Notes under the pieces: model-generated
What the model was told of the DNA's origin: nothing
Seen by the model: the letters and a program-made list of their open reading frames with translations, nothing else
Database searches by the model: none
In this document: in pieces, positions 1-8,845 of the stretch
How positions within the stretch are numbered: position 1 is the stretch's first letter
How the letters are laid out: each line of letters begins with the position of its first letter
Made by a program: the position numbers and the translations under genes
From: a virus
Strand: one strand, 5' to 3'
Length of the DNA stretch: 64,000 nt
IMG/VR virus record: IMGVR_UViG_3300038441_000458
Location: 4,199-68,198 of that record

Positions 1-69
1 GAGGATCAGGGCGCAGCGGATTCTCGAAGACGACGTGTATCCATCACCTCGTCACAGAGAGGGACTACC

Positions 70-492
70 GTGAAACGACTGGCATTCTGGACGCTCGTGG
101 TCGTCATCGTGCTTCTTGCATTCATGACCACCACCAGCGACGGACTGGACGTAGAGATAACCGCATTCATCGGAGCGATCATGCTCCTCGGCTCGCTGGT
201 CATGCTGGCGTTCACGCGGGTTTGGACGGAGCGCGGCATCGGCCTGTTGTACGTCCTGTTGGGCGGCGCGATCCTCGAGCTCGGAAGCGTGATCCTGCTG
301 AAGCGACCAGCGCTGATCGTGGATTGGGCAGAGCCGACCAGGGACTCGGTGAGGGCGCTGTGGCTGGTCGGAGGACCGCTGATGCTGTACGGGTTTATCC
401 GGTACGGATGGGACATGTGGAAGACGCGGCACGGACAGCGACCGGACTGGACCGGAACCACGGAGCGCAGAGGAGAACCAGACAATGAGTGA
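70..492 (+). CDS. Multi-pass membrane protein, putative holin/lysis accessory
   Basis: Several hydrophobic segments; overlaps the endolysin start. Confidence 0.55.
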   Translation: MKRLAFWTLVVVIVLLAFMTTTSDGLDVEITAFIGAIMLLGSLVMLAFTRVWTERGIGLLYVLLGGAILELGSVILLKRPALIVDWAEPTRDSVRALWLVGGPLMLYGFIRYGWDMWKTRHGQRPDWTGTTERRGEPDNE

Positions 493-1459
493 CGTAATCA
501 TCAACATGAAGGCGCACCGCTTCCCCGGCATGGACAAGGATGTTTGGCTGCCAGACGACATTGAGGTGGTCTATCGTCCGATTCCGGCGAGCATGATCGG
601 GTGGGTCCGGTCCGGCGTGAAGTCGACACGCCAGAACAAAACGCTGTTCCACGAAACCGGGAACCGCAAGCGAGGAGCGAACGCACTCGCGGAGGCGAAC
701 TACCTACTCGGAGGACCGGAGGACGAAGACGGCAACCGCAGGCAAGTCGGCTACAACTTCGCGGTGGACGACGTTCGGATTGTCTTCCTGTGCCCGCTGA
801 ACGAAGTGACGTGGCACGCAGGGCGGGCAGAGTGGAACGCGACCTCATGGGGCATCGAGCAGTGCGTCGGGCTCGACGTGAACCTGGCGAAGGCGCGGCG
901 CAACGCGGCGGCGTTGCACGCAGGGCTGTTGCAGGCAATCGGCACGACACCAGCGAAGGCGATGTGGCAGCACTGGGTTGTGTACCAGAAGAACTGTCCC
1001 GCGATCATCCGGGCGAACTCGCTGTGGGATGAGATTGAGGGCATGGCAGCGGAGGCGTCGGCGCTGGCGTATGCGGCCGCAGCCGGAGGCGGCGTGGTCA
1101 AGCCAGGCGAGCCGACCCTTGCGAAACCATCGGCGATCAAGGAACTGCAGTACACCGGCGATCCGCCGTCGTGGGCAGTGGTGAACCAGAGCGATGGCAC
1201 GAAGTTGACCTACTTCTACGTGGGCGACATGGTGCAGGCGACGAAGACCACGAAGCGTTACCAGTACGCGAACCGCGACGGCGCGGTGGTTGGACCAGAC
1301 ATTACGACGAAGGACGCACCGTTCCGGGTGGAGTGGGCGACGCAGTTGCCGAACGGCGAGCGGTGGTTCATCACCCCGTTCTGGACCCGCATCTTCATGG
1401 ACGACACGAAGCGCGTGTCGGACACGTACACGATCCCGGAAGGCGTCGAGACCGATTAG
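485..1459 (+). CDS. Endolysin, N-acetylmuramoyl-L-alanine amidase (Amidase_2-like) with C-terminal putative cell-wall-binding region
   Basis: HETGN, YNFAVD, E.TWHAG, GIEQC, QH...KNCP zinc-amidase motifs; AGGAGA RBS. Confidence 0.85.
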   Translation: MSDVIINMKAHRFPGMDKDVWLPDDIEVVYRPIPASMIGWVRSGVKSTRQNKTLFHETGNRKRGANALAEANYLLGGPEDEDGNRRQVGYNFAVDDVRIVFLCPLNEVTWHAGRAEWNATSWGIEQCVGLDVNLAKARRNAAALHAGLLQAIGTTPAKAMWQHWVVYQKNCPAIIRANSLWDEIEGMAAEASALAYAAAAGGGVVKPGEPTLAKPSAIKELQYTGDPPSWAVVNQSDGTKLTYFYVGDMVQATKTTKRYQYANRDGAVVGPDITTKDAPFRVEWATQLPNGERWFITPFWTRIFMDDTKRVSDTYTIPEGVETD

Positions 1460-1483
1460 GAACCGGAGCAGAGGAGGAGCGAC

Positions 1484-1903
1484 ATGCAAGAGCCGACACC
1501 ACTGGTCGTCGTACCAGAGAACCAGCAGTTGGCAACGGAGCCCGCGAGGACCGTTGCCGTGGAGACGAAGCAGGCGTTCGCCGGGAAGGACGACCTGAAG
1601 TTGGCCCTTGCGGCCGTCTTCGGGCTCCTCGCGGCCGCAGGAATCAATGTGGCACCCAGTGTCCCATCGAACATCGAAACGCTTGTGACGGTCCTTGTGC
1701 CGTTCCTGGTGGCCGGTTACGCCAGGTGGCAGACCGAACGCACGAAGCGCGACCAGGCGGCGACGCAGGGCGAAGCGACCAGGGAGGCGGTGTACGCACC
1801 GGCGAGCGTGGCGCAGATCGTGCAGGACGTGAAGGCGCAGGAGCCCGTACCGGCCGTGACGATCCCAGGACCAGGCGTTGTGCCGGTTCGGCCGGGGACT
1901 TGA
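1484..1903 (+). CDS. Putative holin (two TM segments)
   Basis: Two hydrophobic helices, directly after the endolysin, GAGGAGG RBS. Confidence 0.65.
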   Translation: MQEPTPLVVVPENQQLATEPARTVAVETKQAFAGKDDLKLALAAVFGLLAAAGINVAPSVPSNIETLVTVLVPFLVAGYARWQTERTKRDQAATQGEATREAVYAPASVAQIVQDVKAQEPVPAVTIPGPGVVPVRPGT

Positions 1904-1928
1904 CAACCGGCGCAGGCGAGCATAGGAT
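1900..1928 (+). promoter_or_regulatory. Sigma70-type promoter for tRNA-Met
   Basis: TTGACA-N17-TAGGAT. Confidence 0.7.
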
Positions 1929-2022
1929 AGTGCCGTTGGAGAACGGAGCGGTTAAGACCACCGAACTTCACCGGCGATTGACCAGCGCAGGCAATCGCCG
2001 CGCGGGTGGGAAACCACCCTGT

Positions 2023-2099
2023 CGCGGGTTAGCTCAGTCCGGCAGAGCAGCGGGCTCATAACCCGATTGTCACAGGTTCAAATCCTGTACCCGCCACCA
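2023..2099 (+). tRNA. tRNA-Met(CAT), initiator (fMet)-type
   Basis: Cloverleaf, CTCATAA loop, three G-C pairs in anticodon stem, unpaired C1/C72, GGTTCAAATCC T-arm, encoded CCA. Confidence 0.92.
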
Positions 2100-2187
2100 C
2101 CATCCCACTCCACACCACGCCAGACGAACGCGCCAGGGAGCAATCCACTGGCGCGTTCGCATATCCGGCGAAAACAAAACACAAGAG

Positions 2188-2285
2188 AACACTTGACAAC
2201 GCAACAGATAGGCCCCATACTTCAGTTATGAGGTTGAGGCGAGACGGAAGGACCGGAACGCCAGGAACCACGAAGGGCAAGCGAC
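2188..2285 (+). promoter_or_regulatory. Repeated promoter-leader cassette 1
   Basis: AACACTTGACAAC, TTGACA-N17-CATACT, AGGTTGAGG, cgg-AAGGA-ccg hairpin, GAAGGGCAA before ATG. Confidence 0.85.
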
Positions 2286-2489
2286 ATGGAATGGTTCACC
2301 GCAGAGTACGTCAACACCGCAGGCGAGACCGTCCGATCACTCGAAGCGCAGGCGAAGAACCTGAAGGGTGCGGTTGCGAAGGCGCGCAACAGCCACAACT
2401 TCCTCCTGACACACGGCGAGGACACCGAAGCGGTCACCTGCAAGATCACGATGGAGACCAGCGGCGAGACGAAGACGATCACGCTCTAA
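2286..2489 (+). CDS. Hypothetical protein (cassette gene)
   Basis: ORF directly behind the cassette leader. Confidence 0.75.
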   Translation: MEWFTAEYVNTAGETVRSLEAQAKNLKGAVAKARNSHNFLLTHGEDTEAVTCKITMETSGETKTITL

Positions 2490-2497
2490 CAGACAAC

Positions 2498-2539
2498 GGG
2501 AGCCGGGAAACCGGCTCCCACCACGAAGGGCAAGCGATC
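2498..2539 (+). repeat. Internal hairpin-leader repeat
   Basis: GGGAGCCGG-GAAA-CCGGCTCCC-ACCAC-GAAGGGCAA-ATG. Confidence 0.85.
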
Positions 2540-2785
2540 ATGGCGACACTTCCCGATTACGCAGGCATCCGGCAGTACAACCGATCACGCGCGACTGGCA
2601 CGATGGTTGGCGTGTACCACGCAGAGGAGGCAGGACTCGACCCATACGACGGACCGTGGGCCGTCATTTGCGAAGACCACGGCGCGATCATCAACGTGGC
2701 GACGCTGGCAGCAGCGAAGCACCACGCACCGGCACCACACGGCTGGTGCGACGAATGCCGCGAGGCGGCAGAGGAGACCACATGA
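2540..2785 (+). CDS. Hypothetical protein, possible Zn-binding (C/H rich)
   Basis: ATG after GAAGGGCAA; CEDH...CDEC. Confidence 0.7.
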   Translation: MATLPDYAGIRQYNRSRATGTMVGVYHAEEAGLDPYDGPWAVICEDHGAIINVATLAAAKHHAPAPHGWCDECREAAEETT

Positions 2786-3069
2786 GCCAGCGACCAGGAC
2801 CAGTGAACCAGCGACACGTCGAGCTCAGTCGATTCGTCCACCGGGCGAAGACGGTCGAGAACCAGCGAGGATCGTTCAGCACGGTAGACATCATCACCCA
2901 GGAGGAGATTGCAACGCTCAGGGAAGCGAGCGACATCATCATGGCACTGGCGACGCTGGCAGAGGCGCAGATACCACGCAAGGTGCTGATCGCCCTAGTG
3001 GGCAACGCGAGCGGCGTGCTGGCGATTGCCGACGAATTGGACAATCCAGACCAGAATTGGAAGGGCTAG
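2782..3069 (+). CDS. Hypothetical protein
   Basis: GAGGAG RBS, ATGA overlap. Confidence 0.65.
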   Translation: MSQRPGPVNQRHVELSRFVHRAKTVENQRGSFSTVDIITQEEIATLREASDIIMALATLAEAQIPRKVLIALVGNASGVLAIADELDNPDQNWKG

Positions 3070-3071
3070 AC

Positions 3072-3812
3072 ATGGAGAGCATCATTCGGGGATGCGGGAC
3101 CAGGATCAAAGGCGGCGTGTATATCGAAGTCGGATTCGCAGAGGACGGCATCGGGGAGCCGTTGGAGCACTTCCTGATCTGCCCGCCAGTCCCGGTTGAC
3201 AAGGAGCGCCAGGGCATCTCCCCCATCGGCGTGACCATCCTGCACGATGAGCGCAGCGGCGTGAACCACGTGCTCGACTGGATAGGGAAGGAGAACTACC
3301 CGAACGTCGCAGATTTCATCGAGGAGGCGCGGCGCTACGGCATCAGCAGGCGCGCCAGCAAGCAACTCCCATTCGAGTTGCTGACGCCAGGGAGCAGGCT
3401 GATCCTTGCCCACGAACGGGCGATCATCCTGAACCCGGAAGACTATCGGACCGCGATCATGCAGGAGGCGGAGGACTATCTGCTGGTCGGCATCCCGGAA
3501 CCTTGCCCGAACTCGAAGCACAACGCGCTCGGCAAGCACGGCACCGCGACGATGTGCCAGGCGCTCTACTACGAAGACGTGGAAGGCGAGTTGTCGCTGG
3601 ACCCGACCGATGCACCACGAAGCGTCGTGCGACGAATCGGGAGCACGGCGTACAACGCGAGGACGCGACCGCATGGCGTGACGCCGAAGTACGGGCTCGG
3701 CATCTTCGCGAGTTTCCCGATCACGAACATTGCGGTGATCGCAGGCGACCATGAAGCGGCAGAACAGGCGGCGCGCAAGAGCACGCTGGACGTTCGCATC
3801 GAAAACGAATAG
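3072..3812 (+). CDS. Hypothetical protein
   Basis: Long ORF, typical codon usage, starts MESIIRGCG. Confidence 0.75.
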   Translation: MESIIRGCGTRIKGGVYIEVGFAEDGIGEPLEHFLICPPVPVDKERQGISPIGVTILHDERSGVNHVLDWIGKENYPNVADFIEEARRYGISRRASKQLPFELLTPGSRLILAHERAIILNPEDYRTAIMQEAEDYLLVGIPEPCPNSKHNALGKHGTATMCQALYYEDVEGELSLDPTDAPRSVVRRIGSTAYNARTRPHGVTPKYGLGIFASFPITNIAVIAGDHEAAEQAARKSTLDVRIENE

Positions 3813-3820
3813 AGGAGCAC

Positions 3821-4087
3821 GTGGAAGGAACAGAAGGCAAGGTGGAGACGAAGACCACCACGAAGCGCATCCCGGCTGAGGTCCAGATTCGGGAGTTCCA
3901 CGGACGGGCATTCTCGTCGTTCTACACGGAGGCGGCAACGATTGACGACTGCCCGATCAATAAGATCGGCAGGAGCGAGACCAGCCCGTTCATCTTCTAC
4001 CTGTTCAACAGCGGGAAGTTGGTTGCGGAAGTGGACGTCCAGCGGGCGATTATGGCGGCAGTGGCCGACCAGGAAGGGCGAGCGTAG
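3821..4087 (+). CDS. Hypothetical protein
   Basis: GAGGAG RBS, GTG start. Confidence 0.65.
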   Translation: MEGTEGKVETKTTTKRIPAEVQIREFHGRAFSSFYTEAATIDDCPINKIGRSETSPFIFYLFNSGKLVAEVDVQRAIMAAVADQEGRA

Positions 4088-4091
4088 CACC

Positions 4092-4991
4092 ATGACAGAC
4101 ACGACACAGCGAGACCTTGCAGACCTGTACGGCGACACCGAAGGCATGGATCGCCAGGAGACGGCAGACGTCCTCCTGCAACTGATCGAGGACCTTCCAG
4201 CGGCCGTGCCGGCCGATCTGAAGCGGAGCATCCAGACACGCGGGCAGATGGTGCCAGTGATCCTCAACGCCAGCGAGGACCGCGAGACCTACACGATCAT
4301 CGACGGGCGGCGACGCATCCGGGCGATGCGCGACCTTGGGATGGTGGCAGTGAGCGCGGTCGTGTACAACGCGCCAGACATGGTGGGGTGGGCTATGGCG
4401 GCGACCGCGAACGCGGTCCGGGGAGACAACCCGGAGAATGAGCTAGAGGCGATTGAGGCACTGACCGGCGAAGGCTACACGGAGAGCCAGATTGCGCAGG
4501 CAACCGGCATGAGCGTCCAGACGATCAGGAAGCGCGAGCGGTTGCTGGTGCTGGCCCCGATCCTTCGGGAAGGATTGAAGACCGGCAAGCTGGCCATTGG
4601 CGTGGCAGAGCAGATCGCGAAGCTGCCAGAGGAGGCGCGAGCGCGAGCGGCCGCGATCTTTGCGGAGGACGGGAAGATCACCGGACACCAGGTGCGGGAG
4701 TTGCTGGCCGTGGAGCGCGACGAAGCGACCGCGAGCCTGTCCGAGGCGATCTTCGGGGAGCCGGTTGACGAAGCGACCCGCTGGCGCACGACCTTGCGCC
4801 AGGCGAAGGAGCGCATGGACACGGCCGCATTCGACGCGGCGATGAAGGAGTTGGGGTATGTCCGGGCAGAAGTTGCGACCAGCGAAGCGGATCAAGGTGC
4901 AGCACCGGGAGGCGAGCCCGCAGGGACGCCAGTGGCCGGTAAGCGTAAAGTTGGGCGTCCCCGAAAGAATGCTCCAGCCACAACCGGATGA
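4092..4991 (+). CDS. ParB/Spo0J-family protein (ParB-N, HTH, C-terminal AT-hook-like motif)
   Basis: YTIIDGRRRIRA arginine patch; ESQIAQATGMSVQTI HTH; KRKVGRPRK. Confidence 0.85.
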   Translation: MTDTTQRDLADLYGDTEGMDRQETADVLLQLIEDLPAAVPADLKRSIQTRGQMVPVILNASEDRETYTIIDGRRRIRAMRDLGMVAVSAVVYNAPDMVGWAMAATANAVRGDNPENELEAIEALTGEGYTESQIAQATGMSVQTIRKRERLLVLAPILREGLKTGKLAIGVAEQIAKLPEEARARAAAIFAEDGKITGHQVRELLAVERDEATASLSEAIFGEPVDEATRWRTTLRQAKERMDTAAFDAAMKELGYVRAEVATSEADQGAAPGGEPAGTPVAGKRKVGRPRKNAPATTG

Positions 4992-5421
4992 TCTGGACTT
5001 CGGCGACGGCGTGGCCTACAACGCAGGCGAGGATGTGTTCATCCTTGCCTGCGGCACCGGAGCGCAGGCGGTGATTATGGGCGCGAAGGAATTGGCGACG
5101 ATCATCGCTCGAGGATTCGCCGGGATGCAGGACCAGGAGGAGCAGGAGACCGCTTCCGAAGCGGTGAAGTGCCCCGGCTGCGGCCGCTACATTCTCTGGG
5201 TGAAGATCGACAACAGCGAGCACCGCTGGCTTGCGCTCGACTCGATTCCGAGCCCGAACGGCACGCTGGTATTGACGGCAGACCGGACGCACGCCAGGGC
5301 GCTCATGCCAGGCACGGAGCCGACCGGTCCGACCTACAACGCACACGTGGGGTGGTGCGACTGGATGCGACAGGGAGAGCGTCGTTGGGCAGGACCAGGA
5401 GCAGAAGCGGAGGACTCGTGA
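4969..5421 (+). CDS. Hypothetical protein with Zn-ribbon
   Basis: KCPGCG...HVGWC. Confidence 0.6.
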   Translation: MLQPQPDDLDFGDGVAYNAGEDVFILACGTGAQAVIMGAKELATIIARGFAGMQDQEEQETASEAVKCPGCGRYILWVKIDNSEHRWLALDSIPSPNGTLVLTADRTHARALMPGTEPTGPTYNAHVGWCDWMRQGERRWAGPGAEAEDS

Positions 5422-5924
5422 TCGACGAAAGCGATGAGAAGCGCGAGAAGCGCATAGCGTTCCGGGAGGCGGTCAGGGAGGAGCGTATCAACAGGCGAGC
5501 CAGGATCATCGGAATGACTGAGGGACGATGCTGGTACTGCGGCATCACGCCAGAGCAGGAACTCCTGACGCTGGACCACATGTTCCCGAAGTCGAAAGGC
5601 GGTAGCAGCGGAGACGGCAACCTCGTACCCGCGTGCGTCTACTGCAACAGCAAGAAGGGTGACATGCTGGTGGAGGAGTTCCGCCAGCGGTTCCACTTCA
5701 CGGAGTTTTACGGAGAGGCGTTGGCGAAGGGAGCCAGACATGCAGACACCATCAGCACCGACATTGCTGCGCGTCGGCGACGCGGCGAAGCAAGCAAGCG
5801 TGAGAACGGACACGATGTATCGCTGGATTCGGGAAGGCTACCTACCGAAGGACGCGGTCGTTCGGATCGGGACCAGGACCGTCCGGCTCAACCAGGAGAA
5901 GTTCAACGCATGGCTGCGGAATAA
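5418..5924 (+). CDS. HNH endonuclease
   Basis: CWYCG...TLDHMFPKSKGG...NLVPACVYCNSKKG. Confidence 0.85.
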   Translation: MIDESDEKREKRIAFREAVREERINRRARIIGMTEGRCWYCGITPEQELLTLDHMFPKSKGGSSGDGNLVPACVYCNSKKGDMLVEEFRQRFHFTEFYGEALAKGARHADTISTDIAARRRRGEASKRENGHDVSLDSGRLPTEGRGRSDRDQDRPAQPGEVQRMAAE

Positions 5925-5970
5925 CCCGACCGGCGCAACGCTTGACAACGGAACACAACAAAACGCATAA
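5740..5970 (+). CDS. Excisionase-like (MerR/HTH_17) DNA-binding protein
   Basis: LLRVGDAAKQASVRTDTMYRWIREG...VRIGTRTVRL; GGGAG RBS. Confidence 0.75.
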   Translation: MQTPSAPTLLRVGDAAKQASVRTDTMYRWIREGYLPKDAVVRIGTRTVRLNQEKFNAWLRNNPTGATLDNGTQQNA

Positions 5971-5971
5971 T
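5942..5971 (+). promoter_or_regulatory. Promoter upstream of the SSAP gene
   Basis: TTGACA-N18-CATAAT. Confidence 0.6.
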
Positions 5972-6014
5972 TCAATCAGACGGCGGAAGACCGCCAGCAC
6001 GAAGGAGCACGACG

Positions 6015-6659
6015 ATGGAAGGGCAAAAGGCGTTCGAGCCAGCGAAGCACCTGTCGCTGGTGAGTGGGAACGAATACCTCGAGGTGAAGTGGCGGCTGGT
6101 GTGGCTCCGCAGCGAGCACCCGGACGCCAGCATCGAGACGGAACTGGTGAAGCACGCGAACGGCGAAGCGATCTTCCGGGCGAATGTGTCGATCCCAGGA
6201 GGCGGGTCGTCAACCGGCTACGGAAGCGAAGACACGCAGTCGTTCGGGGACTACATCGAGAAGGCGGAGACGAAGGCTATCGGACGGGCGCTTGCTGCCC
6301 TCGGGTTCGGGACACAGTTCTGCATGGACTTCGACTTCGGCGCGAGTCACGGCAAGGTCGTTGACGCACCGGTCAACACCAGAGGCGGAGGCGGGTACAG
6401 TGTTTCACGTGAAACACCCGCGAGCGGAGGCGGGTACAACGGTCCGGCACCGTCGAGTACGGACCGGGCGACCGCGAAACAGATGGGCGCGATCTGGGGC
6501 GCGAAGAAACGCAACGGCATCAGCGACCAGGACTTCGGCGACCTGTGCTACGACACGGTGGGCGTTCGGGACATTGGCGACCATGACGACCGGTCCGGCG
6601 AAGTGCCGAACATTAGCAAGGCTGACGCGAGCGCGATCATCCAGGCGCTGATGGGCTAG
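6015..6659 (+). CDS. Rad52/Sak-like single-strand annealing protein
   Basis: YLEVKWRL...IEKAETKAIGRALAALGFG core; C-terminal ATAKQ...ASAII helical module. Confidence 0.75.
   Translation: MEGQKAFEPAKHLSLVSGNEYLEVKWRLVWLRSEHPDASIETELVKHANGEAIFRANVSIPGGGSSTGYGSEDTQSFGDYIEKAETKAIGRALAALGFGTQFCMDFDFGASHGKVVDAPVNTRGGGGYSVSRETPASGGGYNGPAPSSTDRATAKQMGAIWGAKKRNGISDQDFGDLCYDTVGVRDIGDHDDRSGEVPNISKADASAIIQALMG
6401..6416. promoter_or_regulatory. parS site (chromosomal ParB consensus)
   Basis: Perfect 16-bp palindrome TGTTTCACGTGAAACA. Confidence 0.85.
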
Positions 6660-6703
6660 GAGTTGGGGAGCCACAACCAGGCTCCCCAATATCCGGTCTA
6701 CAT

Positions 6704-6800
6704 AACACTTGACAACAGGCGCAGAATACCCCATGATTCACTCAGCGGTTGAGGGTGGCCGGATGGACCGGGCAGCCGAAGACCACGAAGGGCAATCTCC
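6704..6800 (+). promoter_or_regulatory. Repeated promoter-leader cassette 2
   Basis: TTGACA-N17-CATGAT, ccgg-ATGGA-ccgg, GAAGGGCAA. Confidence 0.85.
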
Positions 6801-7382
6801 ATGAACCAGCACATCACCATCGGGTACGACGTCTTCCTGCTGGCCGACAAGTACGCGGCGCAGGATGCGAGCCGACCGGCGCTCTACACGGTCAACGTCA
6901 ACGCGCGGCAGCACCGGCTGGAAGCGGCTGACGGGTTCGTGCTCGGCACGATGCCGTTCTACCTCGGCGAGGAGGACAGCATCGACCACTCGATTCTGAT
7001 CCCGGTCCCGGCGCTGAAGAAGGTCCAGAAGCTCACGGACAAGGGCGAGTCGGTCCACGTCTGGGAAGTGGACGGAAAGTGGCACCTCGGGAAACCAGAG
7101 GACTACAGCATCGTCTTCAAGCCGGTTGACGCGATCTTCGCGAACGTGGACGAAATCATGGACCGGGCGAAGGATCACAAGGACCGGTTCGCAATCGGAC
7201 CGAAGTACCTGAAACGGCTGGCAGAGACCGCGATTGCGGAAGGCTCACCGGTCGTGTGGTTCCAGTCGAACGGTCCGACCAGCGGCATCCGGTTCGCAAT
7301 CGGAGCCGACAACGAATCGAAGCTCATCAGCGGCATGGTGATGCCGGTCGTGACACGCGGCGACATTACCCCGTTCGACTAG
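6801..7382 (+). CDS. Sliding-clamp (DnaN)-like protein
   Basis: DASRPALYTV...EAADGFVL...MVMPV resembles beta-clamp domains II-III. Confidence 0.6.
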   Translation: MNQHITIGYDVFLLADKYAAQDASRPALYTVNVNARQHRLEAADGFVLGTMPFYLGEEDSIDHSILIPVPALKKVQKLTDKGESVHVWEVDGKWHLGKPEDYSIVFKPVDAIFANVDEIMDRAKDHKDRFAIGPKYLKRLAETAIAEGSPVVWFQSNGPTSGIRFAIGADNESKLISGMVMPVVTRGDITPFD

Positions 7383-7433
7383 CACGCGAGGCGGGATCGG
7401 GCACAACCCGATCCCGCCAGCGAGGAGTGAGAC

Positions 7434-7982
7434 ATGGCGACCTGGGATGACTTGCGCAAGCAGGAGACGACGAAGCGGGTGATGGACAAGCACGGCACTG
7501 TCCCGCCAGCGGAGCGACGCGAGCAGGAAGTTCACGGCGCGATGCGACACCACTTGCACGAAGGGAGCGCCAGCCACCGGCCACTGAGCACCGGCTACGA
7601 GCAGGTGGGCATCGCAGGCGAGCAGGCGTTCGCCAGGGAGTTCGGCATCGAGTGGGACAGGGAACTGCGACCAGGTGGCAACGGCGGATCGAACTTCCGG
7701 TATCGCGGGAAGCGGGTCAACGTCTACACCGCACGCAAGCCACTGAACCTGATCGTCGAGAAGGGCAAGGCGACCGCAGACATTTACGTGTTGGCCGGCT
7801 ACCGTGACGGGAGCGCCAGGCTGATCGGTTGGGCGACGAAGCGCATGGTGCTGGACGCACCAGTGAAGGACGTTGGAGGATTCGGGATCATGAGTCACGC
7901 GATCCCGTTCGAGGACCTGTTCGCGATGAGCGAACTGGACAAGGCGCTGGCACCAGAGCCAGTGCAGGAGACGTTGCTATGA
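7434..7982 (+). CDS. Hypothetical protein (possibly degenerate PD-(D/E)XK fold)
   Basis: GAGGAG RBS; GIAGEQAFA...ADIYVLA...IGWA. Confidence 0.65.
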   Translation: MATWDDLRKQETTKRVMDKHGTVPPAERREQEVHGAMRHHLHEGSASHRPLSTGYEQVGIAGEQAFAREFGIEWDRELRPGGNGGSNFRYRGKRVNVYTARKPLNLIVEKGKATADIYVLAGYRDGSARLIGWATKRMVLDAPVKDVGGFGIMSHAIPFEDLFAMSELDKALAPEPVQETLL

Positions 7983-8272
7983 CGGAACCACGGACATCGA
8001 CAAAACTCAGCGTCGCGATGCATCTGATGAACGCGAAGCGAGAGTTGCGACTGGCACGAAGGGAGGCGCACGAAGGGCTCGACCACGAAGGTGGTCCGGA
8101 AACCTGCACCAGCGTGGCCTGCGTGGCCCTCAGCGCGTTGATAACGGCTACCCCGAACGCTGACACCTTATTCACGGATTTGGCACTCAGAGAGGCGCAG
8201 GGCGCGCGAGAGCGCGAGCGGCAAAACAAAACGGACACTGCCAGCGTGCGGAGACCGGCAGTGTCCGTCTAA
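7979..8272 (+). CDS. Hypothetical protein
   Basis: ATGA overlap with the upstream gene. Confidence 0.55.
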   Translation: MTEPRTSTKLSVAMHLMNAKRELRLARREAHEGLDHEGGPETCTSVACVALSALITATPNADTLFTDLALREAQGARERERQNKTDTASVRRPAVSV

Positions 8273-8530
8273 AAGGGCTGGCGCGCCAGCCGCCAGGAGC
8301 GGGTCCAAGGAACAGAAACCCGACTCCCATCACGATGGTAGACCGGCGAGGAGGAGCCGACAACATCGGCGGGACAAAACGACGGCGAAGGCGCATACTT
8401 GAGAAACGGAAACCGCTCCCTGTTGGCACGTGGGAGCGGTTACCTGTTTACATTTCCACCGGCGTCTCACGACCGGGTTACTGCGTCCAGTATACCACTG
8501 ATGGTATTGGATGCACAGGAGCACTACCCC

Positions 8531-8845
8531 ATGTGGCCGTTCCGCAGGAATCGACCAGCACCCGTCCGGTACGACACGCAGCAGGTTTACCTCATGCACT
8601 GCGCTGCGACCGGGCTCTACAAAATCGGCATCAGCCAGCACCCAACGAAGCGCAAGCGCCAGGTTGAGCTCAACAGCGGGCACCTTGTCACCATCATCCA
8701 GACGTGGCTTGCCGAGGACGCGCGAGCCATTGAGGCGGCACTCCACAAGAACTTTGCAGAGAAGCGCCAGGAAGGCGAGTGGTTCGCCCTGACCCCGGAG
8801 GACGTCTTCGCGATGGAGGCGGTTCTGGGAGGAGCGCAGGAGTGA
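8531..8845 (+). CDS. GIY-YIG / T5orf172-domain protein
   Basis: VYLM...LYKIGIS...E..LH..F...GEWF. Confidence 0.8.
   Translation: MWPFRRNRPAPVRYDTQQVYLMHCAATGLYKIGISQHPTKRKRQVELNSGHLVTIIQTWLAEDARAIEAALHKNFAEKRQEGEWFALTPEDVFAMEAVLGGAQE

Noticed and set aside
2228-2539. Upstream starts given by the ORF track for cassette genes (2228, 36161, 37063, 38742, 39821, 41440)
   Set aside because: They begin inside the promoter/leader repeats; the ATG after GAAGGGCAA or its variant is the consistent start.
3818-3826. Additional parS sites at other CACGTG cores
   Set aside because: Only partial matches (e.g. CACGTGGAA) without the palindromic arms.
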